NCBI RefSeq assembly: GCF_900128735.1
Contig: NZ_LT667503.1
Coordinates: 411,748 to 443,747, forward strand
Length of the DNA stretch: 32,000 bases
Direction of reading: 5' to 3'
From: Candidatus Saccharimonadota bacterium
Lineage (GTDB): Bacteria; Pseudomonadota; Gammaproteobacteria; Enterobacterales; Enterobacteriaceae
Below are positions 1 to 9,162 of the stretch, piece after piece. Within the stretch, counting starts at the first letter, position 1; each line of letters opens with the position of its first letter. Position numbers and translations under genes: made by a program. The notes beneath the pieces are model-generated. The model was not told the DNA's origin, made no database searches, and saw nothing but the letters and a program-made list of their open reading frames with translations.

Positions 1-1
1 G

Positions 2-421
2 TTAAGTTTAATTATGATTGACTATTTACAACTTATTACTATCCCAACACTATCTGGAAATAGAACCTTAGAAATAGCTGAAATTTCAAGAACATTAAAA
101 TCATTAGCAAAAGAATTAAAAATTCCTATAATTGCATTATCTCAATTAAATCGATCACTAGAACAGAGATCTGATAAAAGACCAATAAACTCTGATCTTC
201 GAGAATCTGGTTCATTAGAACAAGACGCTGATCTTATTATATTTATTTATCGAGATGAATTATATCATGAACAAAGTGAATTAAAAGGTATTGCAGAAAT
301 AATTATTGGAAAGCAAAGGAATGGACCAACAGGAACTATTCATTTAACATTCAACGGACAATGGTCACGATTTGATAATTATGCTAACCCTACAATGCAT
401 ATCAATGTAAAAAAAAATTAA
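2..421 (+). CDS. dnaB: Replicative DNA helicase DnaB, C-terminal part (gene starts upstream of the window)
   Basis: The frame is open to the window edge. The translation LIMIDYLQL...[19 protein letters not shown]...[42 protein letters not shown]...[11 protein letters not shown]...[12 protein letters not shown] is near-collinear with the E. coli DnaB C-terminus. Confidence 0.95.
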   Translation, partial: LSLIMIDYLQLITIPTLSGNRTLEIAEISRTLKSLAKELKIPIIALSQLNRSLEQRSDKRPINSDLRESGSLEQDADLIIFIYRDELYHEQSELKGIAEIIIGKQRNGPTGTIHLTFNGQWSRFDNYANPTMHINVKKN

Positions 422-572
422 AAATCTATATTATATCGCGTGCAAAATTTTATAAATAAAATATGATTTTCAATCATCGAAAATTTATTGAATTAAAGAT
501 TAAATAATTTCTAAAAATTTAAGAACCCACTTAATCATAAAATTTTTTTTAATAAGGTCATTTATTTTCATT

Positions 573-989
573 ATGTTAGTAATAGCTATAGATTATGGAA
601 CTAAAAAAATGGGTTTAGCAGTTTCAGAAACGGAACTACTTTATGCAAAACCTATTCAAGAAATTCAGAATAATAATTGGAATGAATTAGATCGAATGAT
701 TATAAAATGGTTACCGGAACTAATTATTGTAGGCTACCCAATCAATATGAATGGAAAAAAACAAAAAATTACAAAAAAAGTAGATCAATTTTGTAATAAA
801 TTAAAAAAACGTTATAAAATACCTATTATCACACATGATGAAAGGCTCACTACAATTGAAGCTAAATCAATTATTTTTCAAAAAGGAGGATTTAAAGCGT
901 TAACGCGAACGTGTATTCATTCTATTTCAGCAAAAATTATTTTAGAAAGTTGGATTACCACTCAAGATCAAAAAAAACGTATATTATAA
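573..989 (+). CDS. ruvX: Putative pre-16S rRNA nuclease / Holliday-junction-resolvase-like YqgF (RuvX)
   Basis: 138 aa, the same length as E. coli YqgF. The N-terminus LVIAIDYGTKKMGLAVSE matches the family motif (LAFDFGTKSIGVAV). Later HDERLTT and SW motifs are also present. Confidence 0.85.
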   Translation: MLVIAIDYGTKKMGLAVSETELLYAKPIQEIQNNNWNELDRMIIKWLPELIIVGYPINMNGKKQKITKKVDQFCNKLKKRYKIPIITHDERLTTIEAKSIIFQKGGFKALTRTCIHSISAKIILESWITTQDQKKRIL

Positions 990-1175
990 CTTTATAATAT
1001 GATTATATTAATAAATTTATAAAAAAATATAATTTCTTTTTATCTCATATATAAAAAAATTTATTAAAATAATGAAATTAAATAAAAAAAATTAATTATT
1101 CTTTTTTTAAAAAGAATTTTTATAATATAGTATAAATAAACTATTTTCTTTTTATAAAAAAACTACTAATAAAAA

Positions 1176-1877
1176 TTAAATTTTATAAATATATTCAAAA
1201 ATTATATTACCTAATTTTATACCGCGTTTTTCATAATTAGTTTGATATAACAACTTTTCTTGCTCGTTTTCCTTTTCCAAAATTATTTTTTTAAAAAAAT
1301 CAAACTTTAAAAAAATTTTTTTGATATAATTAGCATAAGGCTGAAAATCTGTTTTAATATGTATACTACCATGAGGAATTAATTTTTTAGAAATAAGAGA
1401 AATAAAAGATGGATTTATTATTCTTCTTTTATGATGTTTTCGTTTAGGCCAAGGATCAGGAAAAAAAATTTTTATCATAAACAAAGTTTTATCAGGAATC
1501 ATATTTAAAAAAACATCCACAGCATCATAGTGTATAATTTTAATATTATCAGTATGATACATATTAGCATACTTAAGGCTAGATAATATACTTGGCGGAT
1601 AGACTTCAATTCCTAAAAAATTCATTTTTGGAAATAATACAGCTTTTTTAATAAAAAAATCACCTTGACCAAACCCAATGTCTACTACAATAGGATTATT
1701 GTTGCCAAATATATCTTTAAAAGAAATGAAATGATTTTTATAATTGATCCCAAAACGAACCCATAAATCTAAAATTACACCAGAAGAACTAAAAAAATTG
1801 ATTTTTCTATACCTTAATACAAAACTTTTTATTCTCTTATTTCTTTTTAAAAAATTTATATTACTATTATTATACAT
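1176..1877 (-). CDS. trmB: tRNA (guanine-N7)-methyltransferase TrmB (YggH)
   Basis: 233 aa. It has the SAM motif VDIGFGQG, plus LGIEV and FFPDPWPKRKHHKRR (E. coli FFPDPWHKARHNKRR). It lies next to mutY as in E. coli. Confidence 0.9.
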   Translation of the reverse strand: MYNNSNINFLKRNKRIKSFVLRYRKINFFSSSGVILDLWVRFGINYKNHFISFKDIFGNNNPIVVDIGFGQGDFFIKKAVLFPKMNFLGIEVYPPSILSSLKYANMYHTDNIKIIHYDAVDVFLNMIPDKTLFMIKIFFPDPWPKRKHHKRRIINPSFISLISKKLIPHGSIHIKTDFQPYANYIKKIFLKFDFFKKIILEKENEQEKLLYQTNYEKRGIKLGNIIFEYIYKI

Positions 1878-2017
1878 TCAATAACTCCTAAAAACATTAT
1901 TTAATACAATTAAAATAATAAAACTAAAAAATGATTTTTTTATTATATAAAAAATATTAAAAAATCTATTACTATTTATTGGATATTATTAAGATAAATC
2001 AATACAAGAGAAAAGAT

Positions 2018-3076
2018 ATGATTTTTTCGCAAAAAATTTTAAATTGGTATCATCTAAATGGTCGTAAAAATCTTCCATGGAAAAAAGATAAAAATATATA
2101 TAATATTTGGATCTCGGAAATTATGTTACAAAGAACGCAAGTTAACACAGTAATTCCATATTATAAAAAATTTATAAAAATTTTTCCTACTTTAAAAAAA
2201 TTATCAAAAGCTCCAATAAAAAAAATCTTATATCTTTGGAGTGGCTTAGGATTTTATCAACGAGCACATAATATATATAAAACTACACAAATCATCATCA
2301 ATCAATATCAAGGAATATTTCCCAATAATATCTCCGAAATCAAAGATTTACCAGGAATTGGTCAGTCTACAGCCCATGCTATTTTATCTTTTTCTAAAAG
2401 TTTTTGTTATCCAATATTAGATACTAATATTAAACGCATATTAATACGATATAATTTTTCTTTAAAAAAAAAATCATTTTCTGATAAAGAATTATGGCGT
2501 ATTATTAACATATTAATTCCTATACATAATGCAGAAAAATTTAATCAAGGAATGATGGATCTCGGAGCATTAATATGTCATTCTAGAAAACCAATATGTA
2601 TATCATGTCCTTTAAAAGGAACATGTAACTATTATAAAATAAAAAAATTATCAAAGATTAAAATTACTCTGAATAATTCCACTTTAGATAATAAAAAAAC
2701 TGGCATAAATTTTTTAATATTATATTATAAACATTTTATTTTATTACAAAAACAAAAAATACAAAAATTTTGGAAATCGTTATTTTTTTTTCCTATAAAT
2801 TATTTTTCTATAAAATCAAATATATGGAAAAAAATTCAAAATAAATATAAAATTCATAAAAATATAAAGTTTATGATACCTCCATTTATACATTATTGTA
2901 GTCATATAAAATTATATATTAACTCTTATATAATATACATTAATCATCAAGATAAAAAACAAAAATATTCAAAAAAAAAATATCTTTGGTATAATATTGA
3001 TCAACCCTCTAAAATAGGCATTCCTGCTCCCGTTTCTAAAATTATACAACTAATAAAAAAAAATAGAAAAAATATT
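2018..3076 (+). CDS. mutY: Adenine DNA glycosylase MutY; as sequenced it has no stop codon and runs in frame into yggX
   Basis: I start it at ATG 2018 (MIFSQKILNWYHLNGRKNLPWKK) rather than at the TTG of the ORF track. The catalytic Glu context WISEIMLQRTQV, the HhH motif LPGIGQSTAHAIL, the Asp in LDTNIKRIL and the 4Fe-4S ligands CHSRKPICISCPLKGTC are all present. The C-terminal domain motifs FIHYCSHIKL and LWYNIDQPSKIGIPAPVSKIIQLI are collinear with E. coli MutY. No stop occurs before yggX ATG 3077. Confidence 0.9.
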
Positions 3077-3316
3077 ATGAAAAAAATTAAAACTCGCACA
3101 ATTTTTTGTACATATTTGAAGAAAAATATGTTAGGCTTAGATTATCAATTTTATCCCGGTCAAATAGGAGAAAAAATTTATAATGAAATTTCCCAAGAAG
3201 CATGGCAATTATGGATTAAAGAACAAACAAAAATAATCAATGAAAAAAAATTAAATATGTTTTTAGAAAAAGATAGAGATAAACTAGAAAAAGAAATGAT
3301 AAAATTTCTATTTTAG
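3077..3316 (+). CDS. yggX: Fe(2+)-trafficking protein YggX
   Basis: 79 aa from the internal ATG. [55 protein letters not shown] matches E. coli YggX ([55 protein letters not shown]). Confidence 0.92.
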   Translation: [79 protein letters not shown]

Positions 3317-3611
3317 AAAAAAATAGTTTAATATCTTCAAAAAGATTTTTAAAAGTAATTAAAAAATCTAATATGTATATATATCTTGAAAAAATATTTT
3401 TATCATTATAAAAATACATGTTTTTTATAAAAAAAATAAGAATTATATTCAATATATAAATAAATTATTTGGTCTTTTTTTTAAAAGAAATTATCATGTT
3501 TCTTTTAGAATCTTTTTAATACTATCAAATTAATTTTTTTAAAAAAAAATCAAAAGTAATTATTAATCTTTTCTCATTTTTTTATAAAAAAAAATTATTT
3601 TTTTATAAAAA

Positions 3612-5056
3612 TTAACAAAAATTATTAATATCTTTTATTAATTGATTAACATATTTAGCTAATTGATTTAATAAATATACTTTCTCATAATCATCATTAT
3701 ATAATATTTTTAAAGAATCAATTTTATGAAAATATTGTTTAATAATTTCTGAACGAATAATATTTTGACAATGTTTTTTCCAACTTTGTTTTTCTAATAT
3801 AGTTAATGAATTAAAAAAATTTCTCGCTCGTAATCTAAAAATAATTTTATATAAACGATGATCATAAAATTTTAAATTTGTAATATTCCAATACTCTGGA
3901 GATTTTTTATGTAATAAATTTAAATGTACTTTATCTTGAGAATGAAAAAAATCATAATATAACATTAAATCTATATTCTTTGATTTCAAAACTAATGGAA
4001 AGGGAGGATGTATTAAAAAAATAGACAAAATCCATTTTTTTATATCTTTTTTATTTAAAAGAAAAAAAAATTTCTTTTGATATTTATAATAATTTAAATT
4101 AAGTCGTTGACACGATTTTACAGACAATGAATTGTATTTAAAAAACATAGGTGACTGATTCAAATAAATAATCTTAATTCCAACTAACAATAAATCTTTA
4201 ATAGTATAATTGATTTTATTTGATTTTTCATATAATAAAACTAAATCTTTAAGGGATCTTTCTAAATCAAAAATCAAAAGTAAATTATTATTCTTTGGAT
4301 GATAACCGAATATCATAACACAACTAATATTATTTCTTTTACTACCAAATATACTAGATAAATAAAAAAAAGGTTTGTGATAATTCTTATGAATAAAATA
4401 TCGTATATTATTTTTTTTAGACATAATATATAACATAAAAAAAAATTTTTTATTTTTAGAACATAATAACTTTGCTACTTCTATAGTGGCAAAAACATCA
4501 GAAGAGGCATCATGTACATTCCTATGTAAAATATTATTAATCTTAGTAAATTCAGATAATTTAAAGATAATATGACCTTCAGTATTTTTAGGCCATAAAA
4601 TATTATTTGGATAAAAAATATAAAAAGCCCGTAAAACATTTAAAATATCCCAACTAGAATTTCCATTTTTCCAACACCATTCATATGGATCCAAGCAATT
4701 TCGATAAAATATATTACGTGTTATTAAATTATCAAATTTTAAGTTATTAAACCCAACAATACAGGTGTCTTTTTTTAAAAAAATATTATATATTTCTCTT
4801 GCAAAATAATATTCATTTATTCCTTTTTTACATAAATCTTGAGGTAATATTTTGGTAATTAATACGGAATGAGGATCTGGCAAGTAATCTAAAGGTGGAA
4901 TACAAAAAAAATTTTTTTTTTCTCTATGATATTAAAAGATAAATCAGTTCGGAGGCTAGAAAATTGAGAGACTTTATCTAATGCTGTATGAACTCCAAAT
5001 GTTTCGTAATCATAAAATAAAAAATATTTAAAAAGTTTATTTGATATTTTTAGCAT
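3612..5056 (-). CDS. sbcB: Exodeoxyribonuclease I (SbcB), interrupted by a 1-nt frameshift in an A10 tract (possible pseudogene or slippage-dependent gene)
   Basis: The main ORF 3612..4883 carries Exo II (GFNNLKFDNLITRNIFYRN) and Exo III (HDASSDVFATIEVAKL). The Exo I motif (MLKISNKLFKYFLFYDYETFGVHTALDKVSQFSSLRTD) is encoded from ATG 5056 in another frame. That frame stops just after the coding-strand A10T8 run at 4904-4921. Confidence 0.88.
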
Positions 5057-5101
5057 ATTAACCTAATATTAAAAATTTATTTTAATAATTCTATTATTTT
5101 A

Positions 5102-5174
5102 CTCCCCTGACTGGACTCGAACCAGTGACATACGGATTAACAGTCCGCCGTTCTACCAACTGAACTACAGAGGA
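5102..5174 (-). tRNA. tRNA-Asn (anticodon GUU)
   Basis: The reverse complement tcctctgtagttcagttggtagaacggcggactgttaatccgtatgtcactggttcgagtccagtcaggggag is almost identical to E. coli tRNA-Asn. It folds as a cloverleaf with loop cuGUUaa. No CCA is encoded. Confidence 0.95.
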
Positions 5175-5377
5175 ATAATTATATTTTATATCATAAAAAT
5201 GAAAAAAAAGCAACAAAAAAGGATTATGAAAAGTCAGAAAAAGATAAAAACTTTTATTTTTTAGGTATTTAAAGAATAAATAATAATATTTTTTTTTTTT
5301 TTAATAAAAAATATAGATTACTAAAAAAAATTGCTTTATAATATCACTATAATATTTTTTTTTAAAAAAAAATACTT

Positions 5378-5450
5378 GGCCCCTTAGCTCAGTGGTTAGA
5401 GCACACGACTCATAATCGTTTGGTCGCTGGTTCAAATCCAGCAGGGGCCA
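5378..5450 (+). tRNA. ileX: tRNA-Ile2 (anticodon CAU, lysidine-type; near-identical to E. coli ileX)
   Basis: ggccccttagctcagtggttagagcacacgactcataatcgtttggtcgctggttcaaatccagcaggggcca. The acceptor, D and T arms match E. coli ileX rather than the elongator or initiator tRNA-Met. Confidence 0.85.
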
Positions 5451-5481
5451 TTAAATAATAATATAAAGAAAAATTTTTTAA

Positions 5482-5901
5482 CTAAAAAATAAAATTTAAT
5501 GAAATATTCATATTTGAAATAAAAACTAGTTGAGCAATAACTTCTCCAGAATTAATATAAAAATTTATTTTACTTTTATTCCAAATTAATAATTTAACTT
5601 CACCTTCATTTAACTTTTTAAGAAAATTTATAAAATTTCCAAAAATAATATTTTTCATAACACCTAATCCAGCACGAGGTAATATTAAATACTGGATATT
5701 TTCCTTTTCCAAGTTACAACGATATAAAGAAATACCAGTGGATAACAATTCCGATTGATTAGGCATAATACATAATTTATTTTTTACACATAAATTTAAG
5801 TATAATCCTATTACACCATTCATATGATAAAAAAACAATGGTAATTGTAATTTTGTGCGTTGATCTAAAATTTTTAAATGGATTATACTTCTCCAAGACA
5901 T
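5482..5901 (-). CDS. dut: dUTPase (Dut) homologue, degenerate: catalytic motif III replaced and C-terminal motif V absent
   Basis: 139 aa, collinear without gaps with E. coli Dut over much of its length (KILDQR, PRAGLG, WN, SGEVIAQLVF). However GLIDSDYQG is replaced by NFLKKLNEG, AGLDL by IGLYL, and the terminal RGEGGFGHSG arm is missing. Confidence 0.7.
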   Translation of the reverse strand: MSWRSIIHLKILDQRTKLQLPLFFYHMNGVIGLYLNLCVKNKLCIMPNQSELLSTGISLYRCNLEKENIQYLILPRAGLGVMKNIIFGNFINFLKKLNEGEVKLLIWNKSKINFYINSGEVIAQLVFISNMNISLNFIF

Positions 5902-5977
5902 AAAAATATCCTATATAAATTTTTATACCACACAGATGCTCCAAATAATCTTAACGTAAAAAATCAATACTAAAAAT

Positions 5978-6433
5978 TTATTTTTTTTCATTAATAATTG
6001 ATATAGTAATATTTGTAAATATATTTTTATAAGGAGAAAAAATAACTTGGTGATCCCCTAAAAAACGTAATAAACCATTCGGTAATTTTATTTCTTGTTT
6101 TTTAACTTTAATTCCTTTTTCTAAAAGCGCTTTAATAATATCTTGAACCCCAACAGAACCAAAAATTTTTTTCTTTTCGCTTGTTTTCTTAGATATAATA
6201 ATAGAATTAATAGACTGAATTTTTTTAATCCTTATATTAGCTTGATTAATTTTTTCAACTTGTTTTTTTTCTAAAGATAGAATAGAGTCTTTAAATTTTT
6301 TAATGTTTTTATCGGTTGCTAAGATTACTTTTTTTTTAGGAATCAAATAATTTCTTGCATAACCATTTCTTACTGTAATTAATTGACCTAATTTTCCTAA
6401 ATTTTTTAATTTAGTTAACAAAATAACTTTCAT
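5978..6433 (-). CDS. rplI: 50S ribosomal protein L9
   Basis: 151 aa. MKVILLTKLKNLGKLGQLITVRNGYARNYLIPKKKV is the L9 N-terminal domain. It follows rpsR as in the E. coli rpsF operon. Confidence 0.95.
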   Translation of the reverse strand: MKVILLTKLKNLGKLGQLITVRNGYARNYLIPKKKVILATDKNIKKFKDSILSLEKKQVEKINQANIRIKKIQSINSIIISKKTSEKKKIFGSVGVQDIIKALLEKGIKVKKQEIKLPNGLLRFLGDHQVIFSPYKNIFTNITISIINEKK

Positions 6434-6501
6434 AAATTAATTATTATCCTATATCACACATAATTTTTTAAAAAATAGAAATTTTTTTTGATAAATTATA
6501 A

Positions 6502-6729
6502 TTACTGGTGTTGATCTGTATATGGAATAAGAGCTAAATAACGTGCAATTTTAATAGCTTTTGATAGTTGTCGTTGATATTTTGCTTTAGTTCCAGTAAT
6601 ACGACTAGGAACTATTTTTCCGCTTTCAGTAATATAATTTTTTAACATTGTAATATCTTTATAGTCTACATATTTAATGCCTTCCGAAGTAAAACGACAA
6701 AATTTTCTTCGACGAAAGTAACGAGCCAT
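6502..6729 (-). CDS. rpsR: 30S ribosomal protein S18
   Basis: 75 aa. [14 protein letters not shown]...IDYKD...[40 protein letters not shown] is near-identical to E. coli S18. Confidence 0.97.
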   Translation of the reverse strand: MARYFRRRKFCRFTSEGIKYVDYKDITMLKNYITESGKIVPSRITGTKAKYQRQLSKAIKIARYLALIPYTDQHQ

Positions 6730-6842
6730 ATTCCTTTCCTTTTCTTGAATAAAATTCTAGACTTAAAAAATCAATGGTATAAACATATTATTTTTTTTAA
6801 TTAAAAAAACAAAAAATAGAATTTTAAATGAACGACAAAAAA

Positions 6843-7214
6843 TTAATGATTTATAGAATTTTTAGCTAAAGAAAAAACATTCTTTTTATGATCATCTCTT
6901 ATTTTTAACATTGGAGATACTTTATTAATAGCTTTTTTATTAATGATAATTAAATTTCGAATAATATTATTATTAAATTTAAAATGTCTTGCTAACTCTT
7001 TCATTAATTTTACGTTAACTTCAATATTTATCAATAAAAAATGAGCTTTTTTTAATTTTTTAATCGAATAAGCTAAAGGTTTTCTACCCCAATCCTCTAA
7101 ACGATGAATTTTCCCTTGAGTTGCAAGAATCATCTTTTTATATAATTCAATAATATGTGCAATATTTTCGCTTTGATCTGGATGGATCATTAATATAATT
7201 TCATAATAACGCAT
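6843..7214 (-). CDS. rpsF: 30S ribosomal protein S6
   Basis: 123 aa. MRYYEIILMIHPDQSE...IHRLEDWGRKPLAYSIKKLKKAHFLLINIE matches S6. Confidence 0.95.
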   Translation of the reverse strand: MRYYEIILMIHPDQSENIAHIIELYKKMILATQGKIHRLEDWGRKPLAYSIKKLKKAHFLLINIEVNVKLMKELARHFKFNNNIIRNLIIINKKAINKVSPMLKIRDDHKKNVFSLAKNSINH

Positions 7215-7435
7215 AAATATAATTCCTTAATGACTGTTATATAAAAATATAATTTTAAATTTCTCTGATTTTCATATTTTAACTGAAATATATATAAAAC
7301 TCAATATAAGATGATTATAATTATTTATTATATGTTTATTACTTATTTAAAATAAAAAAATAATCAAAATTTATCTATTTATTCTCCGTTTATTTCACTT
7401 AAAAAAAGTAAAAAATTTAAAATGTAAATTAAAGT

Positions 7436-8374
7436 TTATTTATTATTATTTATAATTTTTTCTATTTTTGCCATCAATTCATTTTTATTATTATCATAAA
7501 TTAAAGTAATATTTTTCCATTTGCGCAACCATGTAAGTTGATGTTTGACTAATTTATGCGTCGCCTTTAAGGTATTACTAACCATATCTTGATAAGTACA
7601 TTTTTTTTGTAAATATTCCCACATTTGTTTATAACCAATACTATTCATAAAAGGCAAAGGATACTTAAAAGAAAATCGATTAGATAAATCTTGTACTTCT
7701 TTTTCAAAACCATTCTCAAGCATCTTATAAAAACGTATAGAAATTTTTTCATATAATAAATCTTTATCGAATGGAATAAAAGCAAATTGAAAAACTCGAT
7801 AAGGTAATTTATTTTGTCTGAAAGTTAATAATTTACTTAACGGAATACCACCAGAAACAAAAAAAACTTCTAACGCTCTTAAAACTCGATATATATCATT
7901 CATATGTATTTTAGAGCTAGAAACATAATCAAAAATTTTTAAAGCTTTAAATAATTTTTTTTTATTACTATTAAATAGAATTTTAAAAATATACTCTCTA
8001 ACATTTTTATTAGAAGACGGTAAACAAACTAAACCATCTAATAAAGCCTTAAAATATAACATAGAACCACCAACAAAAAAAGGAATTTTTCCAATAGAAA
8101 AAATATCATGGATCTCTTTATATGCATCATTACAAAAATCAGCAGAAGAATAAGTGTCTTGTACATTTTTAATATTAATTAATCTACATGGAGTCAAAAA
8201 CAATTCTTCTGGTGTAGGTTTATCTGTACCTATATTTAATTCTTTATATATTAATTTAGAATCTACACTTAATAATTCTATATCCGAAAATTTTTTTTTT
8301 ACTTGCATTGAAAATAAACTTTTACCAATAGCCGTTGGACCCATTAAAAAAAATAATATACGTTTAGATTTCAT
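7436..8374 (-). CDS. miaA: tRNA dimethylallyltransferase MiaA
   Basis: 312 aa. It has the P-loop LMGPTAIGKS, followed by LLSVDSKLIYKELNIGTDKPT, GGSMLYFKAL, IGYKQ and TRQ-like motifs. E. coli MiaA is 316 aa. Confidence 0.92.
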   Translation of the reverse strand: MKSKRILFFLMGPTAIGKSLFSMQVKKKFSDIELLSVDSKLIYKELNIGTDKPTPEELFLTPCRLINIKNVQDTYSSADFCNDAYKEIHDIFSIGKIPFFVGGSMLYFKALLDGLVCLPSSNKNVREYIFKILFNSNKKKLFKALKIFDYVSSSKIHMNDIYRVLRALEVFFVSGGIPLSKLLTFRQNKLPYRVFQFAFIPFDKDLLYEKISIRFYKMLENGFEKEVQDLSNRFSFKYPLPFMNSIGYKQMWEYLQKKCTYQDMVSNTLKATHKLVKHQLTWLRKWKNITLIYDNNKNELMAKIEKIINNNK

Positions 8375-9162
8375 ATACCCTTTCTATATTTATAAATTTA
8401 AAAAAAATAAAAAGATAAAATAAAATATTTTATATTTAAATAATATATAAAATATAAAAAATTTTTTTTTAAAATCATTTATATTAGTTACTATAAACTA
8501 CTCTACAGCGCAAAAATATTATAAAAAAAATAAATTACTAAAAAAATAATTAAAAAAAATTTATTTATGTAATTAATGAATAAACTTTCTTAATTTGATC
8601 TCTTCCCTATCTATAAAAATTAATTTCATAAAAAATAGAATAAAAAAATTAAAGAAATAATTTTTTTGAAACAAATTTCTTACCAATATTTAAAAAAATT
8701 TATCCAAAATTTTTTTAAATAAAAAAAATTTACTATGTCTGAATATTTTAAAAATTTTTATATTTACAATTTATCTATGCTTTCTTTAAAATATTTTTTT
8801 AATATTAATTGATAATTCATTTAATTCTGTATTAAATGATATATTTCTATACTTTTTATGTTAATAAGAATATAATTAAATAAAAAAAATACTTATATTA
8901 AATAAAAGTTAAATAAAAAAATCTTTTAAAAACTTTAATTTTTTAAAACATTTTTTATTCATAACATATATATCAAAATAAAATAAAAAAAAATCAAAAT
9001 TAACCCTAATTATTTATTAAATAAAAAATCTAAAAACCATTCAATGTTCTCTATATAAAGAAACCCAAAACCAATCTTTATATCCACTATTTATTTATAT
9101 AAAAATTTTTATATAAAAATATATATAATTATTTTTATTTATTAAGAATATATCTAAAAATC

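Noticed and set aside
3237-3452. 71-aa minus-strand ORF overlapping the 3' end of yggX and the spacer beyond it
   Set aside because: Its composition is pure I/F/L/K/N low complexity from AT-rich DNA. It lies antisense to a well-supported gene and has no recognisable motif or SD.
5199-5264. 21-codon basic mini-ORF (MKKKQQKRIMKSQKKIKTFIF) between the two tRNA genes
   Set aside because: It has no SD, its lysine-rich composition is expected from poly-A, and its length is within chance expectation. There is no basis for calling it a gene.
8154-8423. 89-aa plus-strand ORF antisense to the miaA 5' end
   Set aside because: It lies antisense to the conserved MiaA P-loop region. This is a shadow ORF with no family resemblance.
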